Assembly (NCBI GenBank): GCA_963699255.1 | Contig: OY969425.1 | Span: 1,710,001 to 1,742,000, forward strand | DNA: 32,000 nucleotides | Origin: an uncultured bacterium | GTDB taxonomy: Bacteria > Margulisbacteria > WOR-1 > CAVSGV01 | Direction of reading: 5' to 3' | In this document: positions 28,588 through 32,000 of the stretch, one piece after another | How the letters are laid out: the number at the start of each line of letters is the position of its first letter | Numbering within the stretch: position 1 is the stretch's first letter | The notes under the pieces: generated by a model | The model's database searches: none | What the model was told of the DNA's origin: nothing | The model's input: only the letters and a program-made list of their open reading frames with translations | Translations under genes and position numbers: made by a program

Positions 28588-29365
28588 CGCCGTTAAGGAT
28601 AAGGTGGGATATAAGGACCTTGAGGAGATCGATAAATGGGTATTGCTCAGGGCTCACAGACTGATAGAGCGGGTGACGAAGGCTTACGACGAATTCGAGT
28701 TCCATCTGGTGTTCCATTCCATCCATGATTTTTGCGTTAATGACCTGAGCGCCTTTTATTTTGACGTTACAAAGGACAGGCTTTACTGCGAAACCAAGGA
28801 CGGGAAGCTGCGAAGGTCGTCACAGACCGCCATGAACGAGATCCTGCATATAATGGTCAGGCTTTTCGCCCCGGTGCTTTCTTTTACCGCGGAAGATATC
28901 TGGAAACACATAAAGAAATCCGAAATCCTAAATCCTAAATCCGAAATAAATCCAAAATACCAAATTCCAAACAATTCAATTTTTGAGGAAAAGATGCCTG
29001 AGGTAGACAAAAAACTGCTCGACGAAAAGCTTGAATCCAAATGGGATAAGCTTCTCGGGATAAGAAGCGAGGTCTACAAGGTCTTTGAGAACGCGAGGGC
29101 TGAAAAATCGATAAGCCATCCGCTTGAGGCCAGGGTGGAGGCATTAATGGAAGGGGAAGACTATAAGCTGCTGAAAGATATGGAGCCGCAGCTCCCATCC
29201 CTGTTCATAGTGTCGGAATTCCTTGTAAGCAAGGGAAGCAGGAACATAACCGTAAAGAAAGCCGAAGGAAAAAAGTGCGAGAGATGCTGGATGCATCTAA
29301 AGTCAGTCGGCGCAAACAGCAAGCATCCAACGTTATGTGAGAGATGCGCCGGAGTGGTCGGGTGA
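28574..29365 (+). CDS. ileS: isoleucine--tRNA ligase, C-terminal fragment in the +1 frame
   Basis: Continues the family sequence (NDFDAVKDKVGYKDLEEIDKW...FTAEDIWKHI) and ends with the zinc site CERCWMHLKSVGANSKHPTLCERC. Confidence 0.88.
   Translation: MNDFDAVKDKVGYKDLEEIDKWVLLRAHRLIERVTKAYDEFEFHLVFHSIHDFCVNDLSAFYFDVTKDRLYCETKDGKLRRSSQTAMNEILHIMVRLFAPVLSFTAEDIWKHIKKSEILNPKSEINPKYQIPNNSIFEEKMPEVDKKLLDEKLESKWDKLLGIRSEVYKVFENARAEKSISHPLEARVEALMEGEDYKLLKDMEPQLPSLFIVSEFLVSKGSRNITVKKAEGKKCERCWMHLKSVGANSKHPTLCERCAGVVG
28914..28980. repeat. repeat-like in-frame insertion inside the ileS C-terminal coding region
   Basis: AAGAAATCCGAAATCCTAAATCCTAAATCCGAAATAAATCCAAAATACCAAATTCCAAACAATTCAAT: short AAATCC(G/T) units, compositionally foreign; encodes KKSEILNPKSEINPKYQIPNN. 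Confidence 0.6.
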
Positions 29366-29447
29366 CCTGACAATTCCCCCAACTTCCTTTAATAAAGGGG
29401 TTGCGAGTTAAGCGAGCAGGGGATTCATGAATTGACCGCTGTGATCA

Positions 29448-32000
29448 TCAATTATTTTTTATCGCTTTCTTTCTCAAGATCACTTTACTGCCGGCCAGAA
29501 CTATAATAGAATACATTCCGGCAGCTGCCCCGGAGCCATCCCACGTTTGAGAGTAAACTCCCGCCTGTTGATTTTTCTGGTTCTGTGTCCATACAACATT
29601 GCCCAGAGCGTTGCAGATCGTTATCGTTACATCGCTCGTGCTTTCAAGGTTATATACGATATTGAGATTGCCTGTAAAAGGATTCGGATAAATACTATTC
29701 AGCTTGGTTGTGGGGTAGCCCGCAATTATCCCATCGCTGTGACCAGCTAAGCTCCACAGGCCGGCTCCATCTTTGGCCTCTACATGGAAATAATATGTAA
29801 CGCCTTCGGTCAGGGAAAGACCGGTCACGGTCACATCGGTATTTGTTCCGGCAGAAGTCCAGTTTATGATCTTTCCATTTTCCGGATCGGTTGGATCGGT
29901 CGATATCGTATATATATATTCTGTTACTCCTGATTCCGGGTCGGAAGAAGACCAGGCGGCATGGAACTCTGATAACGATGTGGTATATGTCCCATCATCT
30001 GTGACGACAGGCGTTGTTGGAGGCGTAGTGTCAACGGTTATCCCATCGCTGTGGACGATGTCGCTCATCTTGCCAACTCCATTCACAGCTCTTACATGGA
30101 AATAGTAGGTTTTTCCGTTGGCCAGGTCAAGCCCTTTTGCGGTTATTTTGGTGGCATCGGGCCCGACGGAGGTCCAGGGCAGAGCATTTTCAGCCATCCC
30201 GATCATCGGGTCATTTGGATCTGTTGATATGGCATACTCATATCCTGTTATGCCCGATTCATTATCAAAAGAAGGAGACAGAGTGGCGTCGAGCTCGGTT
30301 GAAGAGCTGGTGTATTCTCCGCTATCAGTGACAGCCGGGTCTGATGGGGGAGTGGTGTCAACAATGCCGATTTGTAAGCCGTCGCTGCTGCCGACTTCGC
30401 TCCACATGCCGGCTCCGTCTTTTGCCTTAACATGGAAATAGTAAGATTTTGTGCCGGATAAGGATAGATTATCCAGGGTTACCTGGGTATTTGTTCCGGC
30501 AGATGTCCAGGTTACGAGATTCCCGATATCCGGATCATTTGGATCGGTCGATATGGAATACATATATTCTGTCACACCTGATTCTGGATCGGAAGAAGAC
30601 CAGGCTCCCTTGAGCGTGGCCGTAGGGCCGGATTTTTGTACCATGCCGTTGACAACAGGCTTTGTAGGAGGCGTAATGTCGACTGTTATGCCGTCGCTGT
30701 GACCGGGGACGCTAAATTGGCCTGCTCCGTTCTTGGAGATCACATGGAAATAGTAAGTCTTGCCTTCCTCTAAGTTAAGGTCGGACAGGGTTATTTCGGT
30801 ATCAGTTCCGGCAGATGTCCAGGGTACGATATTTTCAGGGTCCCCGATCTTCGGATCATCCGGGTCGGTCGATACAGCATACCAATATCCTGTCACACCC
30901 GATTCATCATCTGAAGAGGACCATGTGGCATGAAGATCGGAAGATGTAGTATATTTCCCGTCGTCGGTGACATTGGGCTGTGATGGGAGTGTAGTGTCAA
31001 CTTTTATCCCATCGCTGTGAACGATGTGGCTTGCCAGTCCTTCTCCATTTATGGCCTTTACATGGAAATAATAGGTTTTCCCGTTGGTCAAGTTAAGGTT
31101 GGTCGCGTTTATGTCGGTGGTATTAGGTCCGAGGGGAGTCCACTCCACGACATTGCCGGTATCCGGATCAAGCGGATCGGTAGATATTGAATATTGATAT
31201 TCCTTTATTTCCGAATCCGGATCGGAAGCGGGAGACAATGCGGCATGCAGCTCGGATGAAATGATAGTGTATACCCCGTCATCCGTTACAGCCGGGTCTG
31301 TAGGAGGAGTCGTATCCGGCGATTTAACCAGGTCTTTATAAACATTAACAAAGTTGCCTGACAGGAGCAGGGCCGCAAAACTCGCCAGAGATTGATTGTA
31401 ATATAAATTCGCTACCCCTGTTTCGCTCGTATTGCCCCAGTAACCGCCGTTCGCCGCAGTCGCGTATTGAGAGAAATTGTTCTCAAATTCCGTATTAAAG
31501 GCAGACTTATAAACGGGCGATCCGCTTACCATAGCACCTGTTGCCCACATACCTGCGGTTATTTCGCTGTGCCATGCGCCCTCATTACTGGTGTAGGGAG
31601 TGCCATCCATTTTGTAAAGGATCGAATTTGCCGCTGCCGCAGCTTCGCTTCCATATCTGCCTGTAAGGTTATTTTTCCCGTTCGTGCAATACTGGACTGC
31701 TCTCGGGTCATTGAACCAGATGGCATCAACTGCCATCATCCATGGAGTTCTTATCGCGTCGTTCCACATGTCAGCGCCATTGCTTAATGGGCCGGTAGTG
31801 CCGTACTGGCTGATCCCTCCGGTTTTGGTGTCCATCAGATCCGGGCTTAGACCGTTAGAATACCCTTGGCTTGATTGAAGGGTCGTAAAACATTGATCCA
31901 CAACGGTTTTCCAGTCGTGGAAGGTTGCCTGATAGTATTGGAAGGTCTTTAGGGCAGCCGTAAAGAAATATGAAGGATTGGCCGCGTCCTTGCTAACCCA
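29448..32000 (-). CDS. GH8-like secreted glycoside hydrolase with five Fn3-like repeats and a FlgD-Ig-like C-terminus (truncated by the window edge)
   Basis: The frame stays open beyond the ORF-track start to base 32000 (WVSKDAANPSYFFTAALKTFQYYQATFHDWKTVVDQ...). NGADMWNDAIRTPWMMAVDAIWFNDPRA resembles the GH8 C-terminal region; five ~103-108-aa repeats; ends NPFTGNLNIVYNL...AAGMYSIIVLAGSKVILRKKAIKNN. Confidence 0.7.
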   Translation of the reverse strand, partial: WVSKDAANPSYFFTAALKTFQYYQATFHDWKTVVDQCFTTLQSSQGYSNGLSPDLMDTKTGGISQYGTTGPLSNGADMWNDAIRTPWMMAVDAIWFNDPRAVQYCTNGKNNLTGRYGSEAAAAANSILYKMDGTPYTSNEGAWHSEITAGMWATGAMVSGSPVYKSAFNTEFENNFSQYATAANGGYWGNTSETGVANLYYNQSLASFAALLLSGNFVNVYKDLVKSPDTTPPTDPAVTDDGVYTIISSELHAALSPASDPDSEIKEYQYSISTDPLDPDTGNVVEWTPLGPNTTDINATNLNLTNGKTYYFHVKAINGEGLASHIVHSDGIKVDTTLPSQPNVTDDGKYTTSSDLHATWSSSDDESGVTGYWYAVSTDPDDPKIGDPENIVPWTSAGTDTEITLSDLNLEEGKTYYFHVISKNGAGQFSVPGHSDGITVDITPPTKPVVNGMVQKSGPTATLKGAWSSSDPESGVTEYMYSISTDPNDPDIGNLVTWTSAGTNTQVTLDNLSLSGTKSYYFHVKAKDGAGMWSEVGSSDGLQIGIVDTTPPSDPAVTDSGEYTSSSTELDATLSPSFDNESGITGYEYAISTDPNDPMIGMAENALPWTSVGPDATKITAKGLDLANGKTYYFHVRAVNGVGKMSDIVHSDGITVDTTPPTTPVVTDDGTYTTSLSEFHAAWSSSDPESGVTEYIYTISTDPTDPENGKIINWTSAGTNTDVTVTGLSLTEGVTYYFHVEAKDGAGLWSLAGHSDGIIAGYPTTKLNSIYPNPFTGNLNIVYNLESTSDVTITICNALGNVVWTQNQKNQQAGVYSQTWDGSGAAAGMYSIIVLAGSKVILRKKAIKNN

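Noticed and set aside
29371-29403. Hairpin-like CAACTTCCTTTAATAAAGGGGTTG after ileS
   Set aside because: The stem needs wobble pairs and a bulge and there is no T-tract, so I do not call a terminator.
1-32000. CRISPR arrays, restriction-modification, toxin-antitoxin, retrons, CBASS or other defence modules, transposases and integrases
   Set aside because: I looked through all ORFs and intergenic spaces. Genes outside the repeats are conserved housekeeping or secreted proteins, and none of the repeats has regular unique spacers. No such system can be supported here.

Overview
This 32-kb window is probably from an uncultured diderm bacterium. Taxonomy is inference only, from single-SLH-domain outer-membrane porins with a C-terminal Phe. 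Most of it is core genome. In order it carries: a GT4 glycosyltransferase (truncated at the left edge), galE and an MGDG-synthase-like glycosyltransferase; two tandem SLH/porin paralogs; birA, aroH-type chorismate mutase, DAHP synthase and a two-domain ThyX; a minus-strand operon plsY-gpsA-hflX diverging from efp-accB-recJ-purD; an S8 subtilase; rdgB; an eight-tRNA array; tig-clpP-clpX-lon-ileS (ileS is split by an apparent 1-nt frameshift); and, on the minus strand at the right edge, a GH8-like secreted protein with five Fn3-like repeats and a FlgD-like tail. I found no CRISPR array, transposase, integrase, phage module or recognisable defence system. The best candidates for undescribed biology are: (1) a hairpin-flanked AT-rich repeat module present three times in the tRNA array, always downstream of a tRNA; (2) a tandem pair of structurally matched 21-nt-loop hairpins upstream of tig, with one compensatory base-pair change between copies; (3) a divergent promoter pair for plsY and efp that appears to share one palindromic -35 hexamer, with nearly leaderless transcripts on both sides; (4) an EF-P whose PGKG loop tip is replaced and shortened; (5) a trigger factor without its PPIase domain; (6) a duplicated ThyX whose signature motif is split between the two halves; (7) an in-frame repeat-like insertion in ileS.
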